Shown: positions 25,829-39,044 of the stretch, piece after piece
How the letters are laid out: each line of letters starts with the position of its first letter
Numbering within the stretch: the first letter of the stretch is position 1
Notes under the pieces: generated by a model
The model's database searches: none
Told to the model about the DNA's origin: nothing
What the model saw: the letters and a program-made list of their open reading frames with translations, nothing else
Source: Octopus sinensis
Lineage: Eukaryota
DNA length: 64,000 nt
Direction: 5' to 3'
Assembly (NCBI RefSeq): GCF_006345805.1
Contig: NC_043000.1
Coordinates: 29,326,001 to 29,390,000 of the forward strand
Translations under genes and position numbers: made by a program

Positions 25829-27327
25829 GTATATATTTGTATATATATATATATGTATATATGTATATGTATATGTATACATTTATATATATGTGTGAGT
25901 GTGTGAGTGTGAGTGTGTACAACGGATTTACCCTATTTAGCCTTTACCCTATATAGTCCTAGTTGGTCACACACACACACACACTCACACACACACACAC
26001 ACACATACACACACACGGATGTATTTTTGTATGTATGTATGCATTCATATATTTATGTATTTATGGTATGTATATGTATTGTCAATTTATAGATCCCCGC
26101 GACATAACACTGTTTCGCTTTCATAAGAATTCAGCTTAAGATTGTTTCGATTGAAACGCGTTCCCGTCGACGAATAATCCCTTTAAACATATTTTATTCC
26201 TTATGTCGAGAAAACGAAATGAAGAGGAACAACAGAGCGTTGTTACATAAAACAATGATTAGCAGAGAAAGGAAAGCGGGACAAAGACGAAAGAAAGAGA
26301 GAGAGAGAGAAAAAAAGTGAAGAGGACGAAATAGAAGAGATAAAGGAGGGAGACAGGGATGAGAAAGTGGAGACATAGTCGGAGGGAAAACAATTTTGAT
26401 ATCATGGAATCTAAATAAAGCTATAGATTATGGCCAAGTGATCTCTCTTTTATTTGGTGTTTTATTACAAACAAATGGTGGACGTATCAAATAAAAGGCA
26501 GATAATCTTCTACGTTTAGTTGCAAGGGATACAAATGGCGGCCATCTTTCCGACTGCTTGGTGAAATAATCTTGAATATTCTTTTCCTTTCTAGAAAAGC
26601 TTAGTTAAATGAAATATAGTTAAACAGAAGTTGCTGTTTGTAACAGTTATAATCTTCTTAGTGGAAATTGTAAATGGAATGCTATCAAATATGATTATAA
26701 CATCACGGCATTAAATATTAGCAACCGCTCTCCCACCCGCTACCTTTTACAGGCAATTCATGTTGAAAGGATTTTACAGAAATTATAGAAATCTTTTAGC
26801 CTTTGCACTTGAAGAAATCTTCAGACGCTAAATCAGGTATTATAATTTTGGTGTGGAACGTATCGAAAGTCTAGCTTCTTTTTATGTAGTAATAAAGTAA
26901 TTTATATAACGAAAGAAAAAGAAATTGTTAACTAGATTTCAATAAATAAAATAATGATGATAATAATAACATAGATATTTTCTTCGTACATTTTGGTGTA
27001 AAGATATTTTTGGAACATGTATCTAGTCTGTTAGCTCCAGATGACCTCTCTGATTTATGCCACTTATGAAAGAGTGTTGCTTTATTAGGCTGAAAGAGTT
27101 CTGCCGATATTAAGGATTCGAGATGTGAATCAATCAATGACGGAGGTTATTGTGTTAAGAGTTCACGGGAAACTCCGAAAACTAACGAGAGCTTTATATA
27201 TTATTTATGCTAATAACTAAATATAGTTCGACTAATGAAGCTATTGGCTGTTGGAAATATTGTCTAACAGGGAGAAAATAGAGAGACGCTGGCACATATT
27301 ACAGATGAAAAGAACTACAATGACGGC

Positions 27328-27402
<75 letters not shown>

Positions 27403-27549
27403 GCAGTATCAGCAGCAGCAGCAGCAGCAGAGATGACGACGAGAAGAAAGAGAAAGAAAAGTTGGGCGTTTCGAAACAATATGATATATTTCCCCCTTTT
27501 ATCTGGCCGAAATGTGTTATTATGGTTTATAAACTGTTTTGAAGTGGAG

Positions 27550-28460
27550 AAAACTAAATACACCACCACCACCACCACCACCACCACCACCACCACACCA
27601 CCACACCACCACCACACCACCACACCACCACCACCACCACTACCGCCAATTCACCACCACCTCCACGATGACGAACACCACCATTGCCCCCCCCTCTTCC
27701 ACTACAACCACCACCAACACTACTACCGCAACCCCCACCACAACCACCACCATCACAACAACCACCACCAACACTACTACCGCAACCCCCACCACAACCA
27801 CCACCATCACTACAACCACTACCAACACTACTACCGCAACCCCCACCACAACCACCACCACCATCACTACAACCACCACCAACACTACTACCGCAACCAC
27901 CATTCACTACAATCACCACCATCACTACAATCACAACCAACACTACTACCGCAACCACCATCACCACCGCCACAACCACCACCATCACTACAACCACCAC
28001 CAACACTACAACTGCAACCAAAATCACCACCACCACCACCACCACCGTAACCACCTATCGTAATTATCGTCGTCGTCATAGTCGTCTTCGGGAGCATCAC
28101 CATTATCAACAGCAACGCAACCACCTCTTCAACCTTCATCACATCAACCTCCATTACAACTACCCACCACCACCATTAACATGACCACAACAGCAGCGAC
28201 GATGACCTCCAGCTTCACCACCACCACCACCACCACCACCGCCACCGCCGCCGCCGCCGCCGCCGCCACTGCCACCGCCACCACCACCACCACCACAACC
28301 ATGACCACGACAGCAACGACAACAACGTCCAGCACCATCTTCACCGCCAGCAGCACCAGCACCACTACCACCAACACCACCACCACTACCACCACCACCA
28401 CCACCACCACCATTATTATCATCATAATCATCACCACCGCCACCGCCGCCACCACCAAGA
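27550..28460. repeat. (CAC)n-derived low-complexity tract with a 54-bp minisatellite
   Basis: Unit cactacaaccaccaccaacactactaccgcaacccccaccacaaccaccaccat starts at 27700, 27754, 27808 and about 27865, then degenerates. Confidence 0.9.
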
Positions 28461-28539
28461 CCTGAAACGTTTACAATGCTATTAAAAACTAAATGCTTTT
28501 ATGTAGCAAGTCTATCACTCGCAGCTTATGGTTAGTTTG

Positions 28540-28553
28540 GTTGCCGTGGCGAC
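28540..28553. promoter_or_regulatory. RFX X-box-like motif
   Basis: gttgccgtggcgac versus the palindromic consensus GTTGCCATGGCAAC (2 differences), in unique sequence. Confidence 0.25.
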
Positions 28554-28675
28554 GCCGTTCGTAACCCCTTTCAAGTCCACAGCTGCTGGAAGCATTTATA
28601 ATGGTGACTGCATATAACTATTTCATGCGTAAATCCTATTACAAAACCGATGTTTTAACCCTTCCCATTGCACAG

Positions 28676-28790
28676 CTGTTGAAAGCTCTCCAATGTCTCT
28701 ACGTCGGTCTCTTCTCTCAAAGAAATATTCCGGAGAAGGAGGAGTTCAAATGACACCACAAGAAATTCAAATGAAAATATTGGTATCTTG
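28676..28790 (+). CDS. Candidate host-gene exon (unidentified product)
   Basis: Acceptor ttttaacccttcccattgcacag| and donor |gtaaca. Open frame VESSPMSLRRSLLSKKYSGEGGVQMTPQEIQMKILVS in non-repetitive sequence. No homologue recognised. Confidence 0.35.
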
Positions 28791-29470
28791 GTAACATTTT
28801 TTCTTCAAACTATCAAGCCATGATTGATATTGTAAATGTAGGTGCTCCTAGCATATTGCTGATTTTGAAAAGGTTAATAAGAGCGGGTTAATTAGTTCAT
28901 CTGTTAGAAAACTATTTGGAATCGTTTCGATAGATACGACAGAATTGGCGCTACCAAAAATAAATGAAGAAAATATCGCAAAAGGAAAAAAAAAAGAGGT
29001 GATAACCATTTTTGCGAATGAGAATAATTTTAAGAATGATGGTAAGATGATAATTACAAAGAGTAATATTCATGTGAATATTTTTTTAATTAGCATTACG
29101 ATTATCAGGTAGACATCTTGGCTCGGTAAGTGATAGAGCGAAAAGTCGAAATTAAAACAATATCGTATTTTCGCATACATACATACATACATACATACAT
29201 ACATACATACATACATACATACATACATACATACATACATACATACATACAACAGGTTATTTATTGGCAAGAAATCTTGAAATAAAACTGAATAATGACA
29301 TACATACATATGAATTCATACATACACACGCATACAAACATTTATATGTGTGTGTGTGTCTGTGTGTGTATGAGAAATTACGATAAACACAAGTTTATAT
29401 TATTACTACTACGTACTATAATAATAATAATGATAATAATAATAAATAATAATAATAATATTAATAATAA

Positions 29471-29513
<43 letters not shown>

Positions 29514-29537
29514 ACAACAACAACAACAACGATAATA

Positions 29538-29573
<36 letters not shown>

Positions 29574-29575
<2 letters not shown>

Positions 29576-30024
29576 AGTATGTATTTATTAATTGACATGA
29601 GTATTCCCTGTGATCACAATATAGCGGCGAAAGAATTTGACAAGATTAGTAAATATAAAGACCTGCTAATAGAAATTGAAAAAATGTGGCATCTCAAGGC
29701 GACTACAGTACCAGTGATTGTAGGATCTCTAGGAATGATAAAAAAAAAAGTACTGAAACCTATTTGAAAATGATTCCAGGCTTACCATCCCTACAGGAAG
29801 TGCAAAAAATCGTATTAACTGGAACGGCTCATGTACTGAGAAGTGCAGTATCGCTGTGAAAGTAACATCCATCCATGAATTTATTTATTAATTTTTAAAT
29901 ACATATTTTATCTGTGAATTTGCGCGTGTAATCTGGGAATGCATGCAATGCCCTTTTCTACCCTAGGTGTATGGAAAACACTCGGCGAGAAACGGAAGAA
30001 AATTTGAAGAAAGAAGGAAAAAAC

Positions 30025-30025
<1 letters not shown>
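29574..30025 (+). mobile_element. 5'-truncated REL-endonuclease LINE (R4/Dong-like) 3' end with (TAA)n tail
   Basis: LIDMSIPCDHNIAAKEFDKISKYKDLLIEIEKMWHLKATTVPVIVGSLG, frameshift in a poly-A run, then TETYLKMIPGLPSLQEVQKIVLTGTAHVLRSAVSL* (stop 29857-59), ~165-bp UTR and (TAA)n. Confidence 0.88.
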
Positions 30026-30095
<70 letters not shown>

Positions 30096-30113
30096 AACAA
30101 CAACAACAACACT

Positions 30114-30182
<69 letters not shown>

Positions 30183-30217
30183 AACAACAACAACAACACT
30201 TAATAATAATAATAATA

Positions 30218-30249
<32 letters not shown>

Positions 30250-30266
30250 TAATATAATAATAATAA

Positions 30267-30822
30267 ATGCCCTGATGCAGTACCAGGCAGTGGCTCTCAT
30301 GGCTTCTGATCTTAACTGATTGGAAGTGTTATCACGTACATTGTTTTGTCTTGGTATAAAAGATGGGCTACAGCAAATATTCTGCTCAATACCACAGATT
30401 TGCTTGTCAGTTGTTTGACCTTAACCAGTTGAGCATGTCCCTTAGTGGCTGACGATATGTGCATCTCTGATCACGAGCAGAAGTAGTGGGGGAGCATCAT
30501 AGCCATGTGTTGAGAGGGATTCTTTGGGGTTTGAATAATTCACCTCTGGAAACATGGGTGGTTCTTTCAACATCCTTAAACAACCCTTATTCAGGGACCT
30601 TTTGAGCGGGATGGGCTACTCAACCTGAAGAAAATTCTAACTGGGCCCCACCTGCAAGGTCATGCGCTGTTTATCTTGATATGAGATCACCATGTCGCGC
30701 ACATATGGTTGTGATGCATGTGCCTGGTGTACCCTTATCAGACGGGTAGTCATGATGGGTATATTGGGCTTCGTATATTTTACCCCAGTGTCACTTTGAT
30801 GGCATGAACTGCTCTCTCACTC
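30267..30822. mobile_element. 556-bp non-coding element with (TAA)n on both sides
   Basis: Second copy at 1285-1771; no long ORF within the element body; AAT repeats on both flanks. Confidence 0.85.
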
Positions 30823-30862
<40 letters not shown>

Positions 30863-31659
30863 AGAACCATTATAACCATGCTAATCGTAATATAAACTTG
30901 TGTTAATCGTAATTTTTCCTACGTTTGCTCTGTATCTCACAACTGATAATTCTACTAAGTATTGTAGTTGCTTAACCACTGTTCTTGAAGCAGATTGAGC
31001 TATGACAATCTACGTGGGGCTCTGAACTCAACAGTAACAGACGTACAGCTAGCTGTACGACTACGCTTTTCTGCCATCTTGCTAATGTGAATATGAAACG
31101 ATGCATCATTGCACACACACCGATTCCCAAGTTTCTCACTGTCTATGACTGCCGAATTTCAATGCATTTAGTCCCTGTATATGCAGGCTGTTGTGCATTT
31201 GTGAGCTGATAATGCAGTCTTTGAAATTTTTCAGCGGTAAACTGTAGGTTATTTTGTTCAGTCTACTTCGATATTGCTTTTGACCATGCAACAGTCTTGC
31301 GACAACATCAGAATTCTTTTTTGCTTTTGATAATTTTGTATCAAAGGCGTAGCTAGAGACAGGCTGTCAGAGTAAACATAAGCATGTTTAAGAGAGCTGC
31401 TGTAAACAGTAGAAAAACCCAAACCGAAACAACGTATTAAATTAATCAAGGATAAATGTATAACAGAACTATTGGGAAAATAGGTTTCATTTCGAGACCC
31501 CCAAGATGTCCCCCTAACTTACTCAAAACACACCTCCAAATTGCTTTGAATCACACAATATTGTTTCGTGGTTGGAACAATATATAGAGTAACATTTAAT
31601 AAAATATGATCAGTAACTAACAAAAAAATAAAGAAAAGAAAAATATCATCACTGACCCT

Positions 31660-31819
31660 TAGGAGCAGGAGTGGCTGTGTGGTAAGTAGTTTACCAACCA
31701 TATGGTTCCGGGTTCAGTTCCACTGCGTGGCACCTTGGACACGTGTCTTCTACTATAACCTCGAGCCGACCAAAGCCTTGTGAGGGGATTTGGTAGAGAG
31801 AACTGAAAGAAGCCCGTCG

Positions 31820-31878
<59 letters not shown>

Positions 31879-31992
31879 GTGTGTGTGTGTGTGTTGTGTG
31901 TGTGTGTTTGGTGTTTGTGTGTCTGTGTTTGTCCTTCAACACCGCTAGACAACCGATGCTGGTGTTTTTACGTCTCCGTAACGTTCGGTCAA
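31660..31992 (+). mobile_element. SINE-A, 3'-truncated
   Basis: ggagcaggagtggctgtgtggtaagtag...ggttcagttccactgcgtggcacc...gaagcccgtcgtata...gacaaccgatgctggtg. Confidence 0.9.
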
Positions 31993-32293
31993 TCCGTGAT
32001 AAACGCAATATTGCCCACGATTAAGTGTACCGTGTTATTCCGAATCAATGATGAAGGGATTAGTGATAAACGAGGATAGATGTATATTTGGCAAACCACG
32101 TAATTAATGGTAAATGCAGTGGATTTTAGTTTCTTGTTTCTCACCAGGTTTCATACAGCGATACGTTAGGTTCCTCATAAGAGATCATTTATGAGCAACA
32201 AACTTAAACTGGCATGTGATAATTAGTCGGTCGGTCCCTTAGCAGAGCGGGACAGGTTAAACACAATTTATAAATGTTATGGTGTTTCATATA

Positions 32294-32404
32294 GTGAAGG
32301 TAGGTGGCCTACTTGTTAGAGTGTTGCACTCACGATCGCTAGATCGTGTGTTCGATTCCTCGGCCGAGCGGCGCATTGTGTTCTTGAGCAAGACATTTCA
32401 TTTC
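32294..32404 (+). mobile_element. SINE-C 5' fragment
   Basis: gtggcctacttgttagag...gtgttcgattcc...ttgtgttcttgagcaagacatttcatttca. Confidence 0.75.
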
Positions 32405-32718
32405 ATATGATTATGACATTTTTCGTCTATGAAAAAAAAAGGAAGAAGCAAAAACAAAATAAAACAAAAGGCATCTTAAATATGCATTCAGACGGCACAG
32501 TCACAAATGGGACATCTTTTGTTACAGATCTCGCGCATAGCCGAATTTGAGCTAAAAACACCCTAATCTACTCCATCTCACATTTCTGTTATCATAATTA
32601 CAATCTCTGTCACTGCTATCATGATAACCCCGCCATAGACACCATCCCAATATCAGCACCACTAACAAAACACAGACGAATCTTTGCTAGAAATAGCAGC
32701 AAACCTCCTATCTGCTTT
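32405..32718. repeat. About 320-bp direct repeat, copy 1
   Basis: Aligns with 34623-34951, e.g. acggcacagtcacaaatgg, gataaccccgccatagac and acacagacgaatctttgctagaaatagcagc are identical. Confidence 0.9.
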
Positions 32719-33861
32719 AAAACATTTCATTTCCACTCCACTGTAAATAGGTAACCCAATAACGGACTGGCTTTCAGGGGAAGTGTTGGCCTGCATGCAT
32801 AGCCAACGGGGTGGCATCTTTCGAAAGCTAAAACGATGTAAAGCTTACTGTGACCAGCGACGTATAATAGCATCCGATAGCCCGGTCAATCACGTGCTAT
32901 TGTATTATAAACAATTTATATTGTATGCAGTCATGCCAGTCAAACATAGAAAGCCGCAACACTTCGATAGCATATTTATGACAAGATATAACAGCATTAA
33001 TCAAATCACGAACAATTTAACTGATAGGATTCTCCGCGTAAAGTGTTATTAGGATTATAAGAACGAATATGGAAGAGAAAAGAGAAAGAAGCCAAGTGGA
33101 AAATGGTTGAAATGTATGGCGATGTTTTAGTAAAGCTAAAGTCGTAATACTTTTTTTTTCACTAAATCGTTTGACTAAATCGTTTTGAAAAGAAGAGCAA
33201 CGATCTTCATTGATTCTACTTAAAGGAGATATACTTTTAGTGGAAGAAGAGATGGCTGAAGATAAAGGTCATGCTTTTCTCAAGGACATTTATAGCTTAA
33301 TTGTAATTGCATTAACAAAGAATGAGGCCAATGGCTACACATGCTACGAACTCAGCTTTTGTCCTACGTCTATATTTATCGGTTATAGTGTCTTTTTTGA
33401 CACGAAACGCTGACAATATGGTGGCTACCTGGTTTTACCTTCACGCGGCGTCGGATGTTTGCAGAATTTGCATAAAGTGGACAAACAGAAAAAATATCCC
33501 CCAGCAATCTCTCAGTCATTCCTTTCCTGTTAAATTATGTATCAAAGAGAATGATCTGGTTTATTGCTTTGAGAAGGATGTGAATTTGCATAATTGACGA
33601 GTGTTTTTCGTTTGCGTGATGTGACGAGATAAACGTCTTTAATGAGCAAAGATAATGCCAAGGAACAAAAAACTGTTACAGCAGATATCCGAAGGAAGAA
33701 TCTAATAGCAATACCAAAAACAACAACAAAGACAGCAAAAAGAAGGAAGATAAAGTTATAGCAATTACTGGCTCCAGTGTTTTGTTGTAGCGCGAAATAT
33801 ATTTACAGAATTTAGCAGACATTGAAAGGATAGACAGGTGTAAACTCTTTCACTTTATATT

Positions 33862-34201
33862 ACAACGTGCAAAACACCCCCCCCCCCCGTCCAATGGACG
33901 GTGCTGAGTTGTCAAACATTTAAACTTCATTTTGTGGCATTATTTCAAGCCAGCCGGCTTTTTTGCGCAAACTGCACGTGCATTTTCTCGCGTACGCGTA
34001 GTATCGATCGCAACAGCTGATGTACTTGTACGGCTTTATCGATCGCATTCTCACGTGGAATTGATTTTTGAAATTTTTTCTAGACTTATACACGCCCTGA
34101 TACCGTCGGTATCTACATATCAAATTTGAGCGCATTCGGATGGAGGATGCCCGAGATCCTAGAAGACACACACAGAGACAGGACGGATTTTATATAATAG
34201 A
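33862..34201 (-). mobile_element. Non-autonomous Helitron, 3' CTAG degenerate
   Basis: Minus-strand 5' end A|TCTATTATATAAAA at 34201 with cacacacagagacag subterminal sequence. Hairpin ccgtcc-aat-ggacgg at 33887-33901 has the same AAT loop as the 56965 hairpin. Confidence 0.6.
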
Positions 34202-34622
34202 TATTTTCGTGAACAGAGGAGCGGTCAATCGAACTAATGTCGATCTTGTGTTGAGATCACATCAGTGACTCCGTATCTTCTATAACTACTAAATCTACTA
34301 TTACTAAGGTTTTCAGAAAATCCGGTGGATAAATTTGCATATATAAGACATTCATTGGTGGCTAGTTCGTTGATATTTCGTCATTGGCGCCTTAACAGTG
34401 TTTTGTTGAAATGCTATACAGAATATATCTGTAGATTTCCTTTTTTAGTCAATTCTGCATGTGACAGACATACAGACGTAAACAACCTACATACATTGTC
34501 CTAGTGGGCACAAAAAGGGAGATCAGCCAGGCTGGTTCCAGTCGATTCCTTGGGATTTCGTCAGATGTCCACGATAAAAGTGCGGGGTTTATTACAGTTT
34601 TCGTAGTGTTAAACTCTTCAGG

Positions 34623-34951
34623 ATATGATTATAACTTTTGTTTTCGTCCACGAAAAAAAAAAAAATGCAAAAAACAAAATAAAACAAAACGCTTATTAAA
34701 TAATATAATCTCAAATATGTAGTCAAACGGCACAGTCACAAATGGAACGTCTTTTGTTACAGATCTACTCGTGCATAGCCGAATTCGAGCTAAAACACCC
34801 TACTCTACTGCACCTCACATTTCTGTTATCTTACAATCTCTGGCACAGCTATGATGATAACCCCGCCATAGACGCCACCCCAATATCAGCACCACTAACG
34901 AAACACAGACGAATCTTTGCTAGAAATAGCAGCGAACCTCCTATCTACTTT
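34623..34951. repeat. About 320-bp direct repeat, copy 2
   Basis: Aligns with copy 1 at 32405-32718. Confidence 0.9.
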
Positions 34952-37037
34952 GAAAGAAAAGAAAATTTATCGCGGATAATGTAGTTCTAGATTTAATATT
35001 TTTGACTTAAAATGATATAGTCATATTTAGAATGTCTTTGATGATCGGTGCATTCAATCAGAAATGTCTGGCTTCAACCGCCATGACCACCCACCAATAA
35101 TGCTAAGAATGATAGTATCGCAACCACTACTACCGCTCCCATCACTATTATAATCACCAGCGCCACTACCATCATCAACTCTAGCACTACAACCACCACC
35201 ATCACCGCCACCACCACCGCCGCCGCCACCGCCACCGCCACCGCCATCGCCGCCACCACCACCACCGCCGCCGCCACCACCACCACCACCACCACCACCA
35301 CCACCACCACCACCATTATCATCCTCAACTCGTGATCCAAGAACAAGAATAAAAACAAGAACAATAACAATAACAATAACAACAGCACTATCACCATCAC
35401 CGTAACTACTACCACATCACCGCTGTCGCGGCCACCACCGCTACCGCGGCCACCACCGCTGCCGGGGCCACCACCGCCAATAACGCCGCCGTCACCACCA
35501 TCGACATAACTGCCACCACCACCACCATCGACATAACTGCCACCACCACCACCACCACCACCATTACCATCCCCAACTAGTGTTCCAAAAACAACAACAA
35601 CAAGAACAACAACACTAACATTCCAATAGAAAATCACGTGATTGCTGCAGCCGACATTAATCACGCCGGCAGCAAACAAGAAAATTCTCAGAGACTCTTA
35701 GAAGCTTCTCGAAAATTAATAAAATATTTATTTTTCGCTGCATATTCTTCTTCAAACCCATCTTAACTTTTGCGATTAGCATTTGACCTGAATGGATATC
35801 AACAATACAAGTTGATAAACAACAAAACCCGGAATGAAAAACGGAATAAACAAGAGCTAAGTGTGTATGCGTGAATGAGCGCATAAACACATACATACCT
35901 ATATACATACCTACCTACAGACATACATATATATATATATATAGACAGTCAGACAGACAGATAGACAGACAGACAGGCAGATAGGCACATAACTTGTGGG
36001 TTATCCTTAGACAAAAATTATCGCGATATCTGGGGCTATAAAAATCTGCGAGAGTTTAAGATTTGAAGGATGATAAACAAAACAAGATGCTTTCCTTCAC
36101 AGCATTACTTCCAAGCAGATGGCCGATCAGAATTAACTCCAAATTAGAAAAGAGAAATAGAACATCCATCCGCCCATCCATCCATCCATCCATCCTTCCA
36201 TCCATTCATCCGTCCATCCACCCATCCATCCATCTATCCATCAATCCATCCATCCACCCATCCATCCATCCATCCATGCATCCATCCATCCATCCATGCA
36301 TCCGTCCATCCGTACGTACAAACAGACGCACACATATATAAGATAGAGTACACAGCTGAAATATAAAAGAAGGTTCGTTTTTGATGAAGGTTCAAGAAGT
36401 CGTGAAACTGTCTGTCAAGAGACTTCTCTTTCTTGTTTCCAGATATCAAATGCATAAAAAATTCATATTTACATATGCAAAGCTAGTCTTTGCAATATTT
36501 AAATCTATTTCAGTTCTAATTCACGCTCTTGTGCATAAAATATAGTTTACTTAACGGCTGGTGATGAAAAGCAAAAATATGCAAATTCAGCTACGCGTAC
36601 TGTGTTAATTTCTGACTGCTCTATATGGAAACTTAATATTTTGTGCTATTATTGGGGGAGGAAACTGTTACGTCTTCTCTGAGGAGCGGTGATAAAACTA
36701 AAAACAGTCTGTCAAAAGACTCAACTTTTATTATGTTCATCAAAAGCGTAGAAAGCATGTGCTTGCATTCATATTTCGTACACAGTAATACTTTTCAATA
36801 TTGAAAATATTTTATATTTCATAGACGCTGTGTTGTGCATAATATACACATATACATACCGAATACAAGCATATATACACCCCACACATATATTTGTACA
36901 TACATATGTGCGTACAATAGATTTCTAACACGTTCGTGTATGTTCGGAAATGGGGAGACCTGTCATTTGGGAAATAATCGTGAGAGAAAATTCCTCTCAT
37001 AGACATTATGCGTGGAAACACTGTAAGCTATGACTGA

Positions 37038-37082
37038 CGTAAGATGCCTGCATTTCTGCGTAATTAAGCGTCATCAGCTGCG
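37038..37082 (-). ncRNA. Type I hammerhead motif
   Basis: Minus strand: cgcag-CTGATGA-c-gctt aatt acgc-a-GAAA-tgcaggca-T-C-ttacg. Stem III atgc-ag-gcat; AUC triplet; one mismatch each in stems I and II. Confidence 0.55.
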
Positions 37083-37116
37083 AATACCTGGACAGTTATC
37101 ATAGCCCTACAAGAAA

Positions 37117-37187
<71 letters not shown>

Positions 37188-37826
37188 CAACAAATAGTCC
37201 ATTTGTCGAGATGAACGAAGACTGGTGATGACAGAATTGATTAACTAGAATCGCACGAAATAGCGTTGAATAAAATATATGCATGAAAAAGCATATTTAA
37301 AACGTTCATGTACACTCGGACGTGGGAAGTACTTTCGCTGCGCACAATGCTGTTTTTTCTTCCGTTCCTTTTGGATCTAGTGTCAAATTTATTTTAAATA
37401 ATCAGTGTACCTTCTTTGATAGTTTCTGTTAAAACCTGAGGCAATGTGTTTGATTTCTTTATTTATAGAATATAATTTGTTTTGCGTGGTCTCTTTTTTT
37501 TCTTAAAAATACATTTAATACTATTTTTCAAATAATCATTTAAGTTATATTAGTCCACTGTGAAATATATATTTTTAGTTTTGTATCTATTTCTGATTTC
37601 TAGAAAATTGCTTGAACTCCTGTTTTTTTTATGCTATCCAGCAATAAATTGCTGGAAGGTATTACAAATTTGCTTCAACTTTACATTCTTGACGATTTCA
37701 GGTGTTGCTTTTTATTTTTACACACATATATATATTTATACACCCACCCACACAAATACTCACGCGTACACACATACTCATAAACGGAATAGATTATCAA
37801 TATAATCTCAACACATATATATATAA

Positions 37827-37896
<70 letters not shown>

Positions 37897-38094
37897 GACC
37901 TCGTGTGTACCGTTGGCGATTTTTTTCCTCTGTCTTCCCTTCTTTGGGTCTTTCCTTCTCCGATATTTCCGACGAAGAGCTCCGCTCGAAATGTTAAACC
38001 CTCCTTCTTTCCTTCTTTCCTGAGCGTCCAATAATACTATATTGTTCCACGTCCTCGCGTGGTTGTTTTTTTGTGCTTTCTTGTTTGGATTAAC
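37897..38094 (+). mobile_element. About 200-bp hammerhead-bearing unit, motif at 37966-37998
   Basis: ttt-CCGACGA-a-gagc tcc gctc-GAAA-t-gt-t-aaa. Homologous to 17895-18094; (TA)n on both sides. Confidence 0.75.
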
Positions 38095-38097
38095 TAT

Positions 38098-38153
<56 letters not shown>

Positions 38154-38506
38154 ATATATATATATGTGTGTATATATATATACACACACACATAAGAGGA
38201 ATGACAACTAGGTCGATTCCTAATATGCTAAAGGTAGACCCCATATGGTCTGACCACAGAACGTTCTGGCCTTTGCCGAATTTTCTTGACAACAATTTTC
38301 CCTAGTGGTCAGATTAGGAGTCCACCTAGTGGTCATTCTCCTTACATGTATGTAATATAATTTTCTGAATCTTCAGGTTTTTTCAATATGCTAGGCCACC
38401 GGTTAAATTTAGTTTAATCTAATTAATATCAATTTTTACACTTATTATTTAATTTTATATATATATATATATATATATCTATATATATATATATTATATA
38501 TATATA

Positions 38507-38558
<52 letters not shown>

Positions 38559-39044
38559 ATAATGAAAAAATGATTGGTATAGTTATCCACTTTATACAGC
38601 TCAACGAATTAGCGCTCTACTGGAGCTTCAGGAATATAAAATTAAGGAGAGAAACAAATTTCAAAGGTCGGTGTATATATTCATTTAATCCATGTCAAGT
38701 TATCGAAATTCTCTACAATATACAATATACATAGATGCGTTCACATACATGAGATATGATAAAAATTTATAAGAATTTATAAACATGAGAAGATTTATAA
38801 ACATATAAAATTCATAAATATATAAACACATAAATATAGATACAGCGATGTACTTGCGAAGTCTGAATGTCTGTATTAGAATCAATGAGGAGGACAGACA
38901 AGAAAGTGAGTATAAGATGATTCATGCGGAATCCTAAATAGGAACAAAAATCTTACGGCCGTTTCGAGAAGTTATAGGTTGATATGGGCAAGCTAGTTCC
39001 AACCATGGCGGTTATCTATATTTCTCTCATAAGTGTTAAGCGAT

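Noticed and set aside
26533-26548. aaatggcggccatctt, a double YY1-like motif
   Set aside because: Short motif with no supporting promoter context.
27271-27530. Exon-like start (ctaacag|GENRETLAHITDEKNY...) running into (AAC)n
   Set aside because: The frame shifts within the microsatellite and there is no convincing donor; likely low-complexity noise.
27700-27900. Regularly spaced repeats as a possible CRISPR array
   Set aside because: Units are contiguous with no unique spacers, the context is eukaryotic, and there are no cas genes. The same holds for the SINE multimers.
35040-35580. GC-rich (CCA/CCG)n region as a Pro/His-rich transcription-factor exon
   Set aside because: Pure triplet mosaic with stops at its edges and no splice signals.
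36377-36720. Two hammerhead-like strings about 300 bp apart (TTGATGA...GAAACtgtctGTC and CTGAGGA...aaacagtctGTC)
   Set aside because: The first has uncompensated C3U and no clear stem II; the second lacks GAAA; flanks do not align. Possible old relics, but not supportable.
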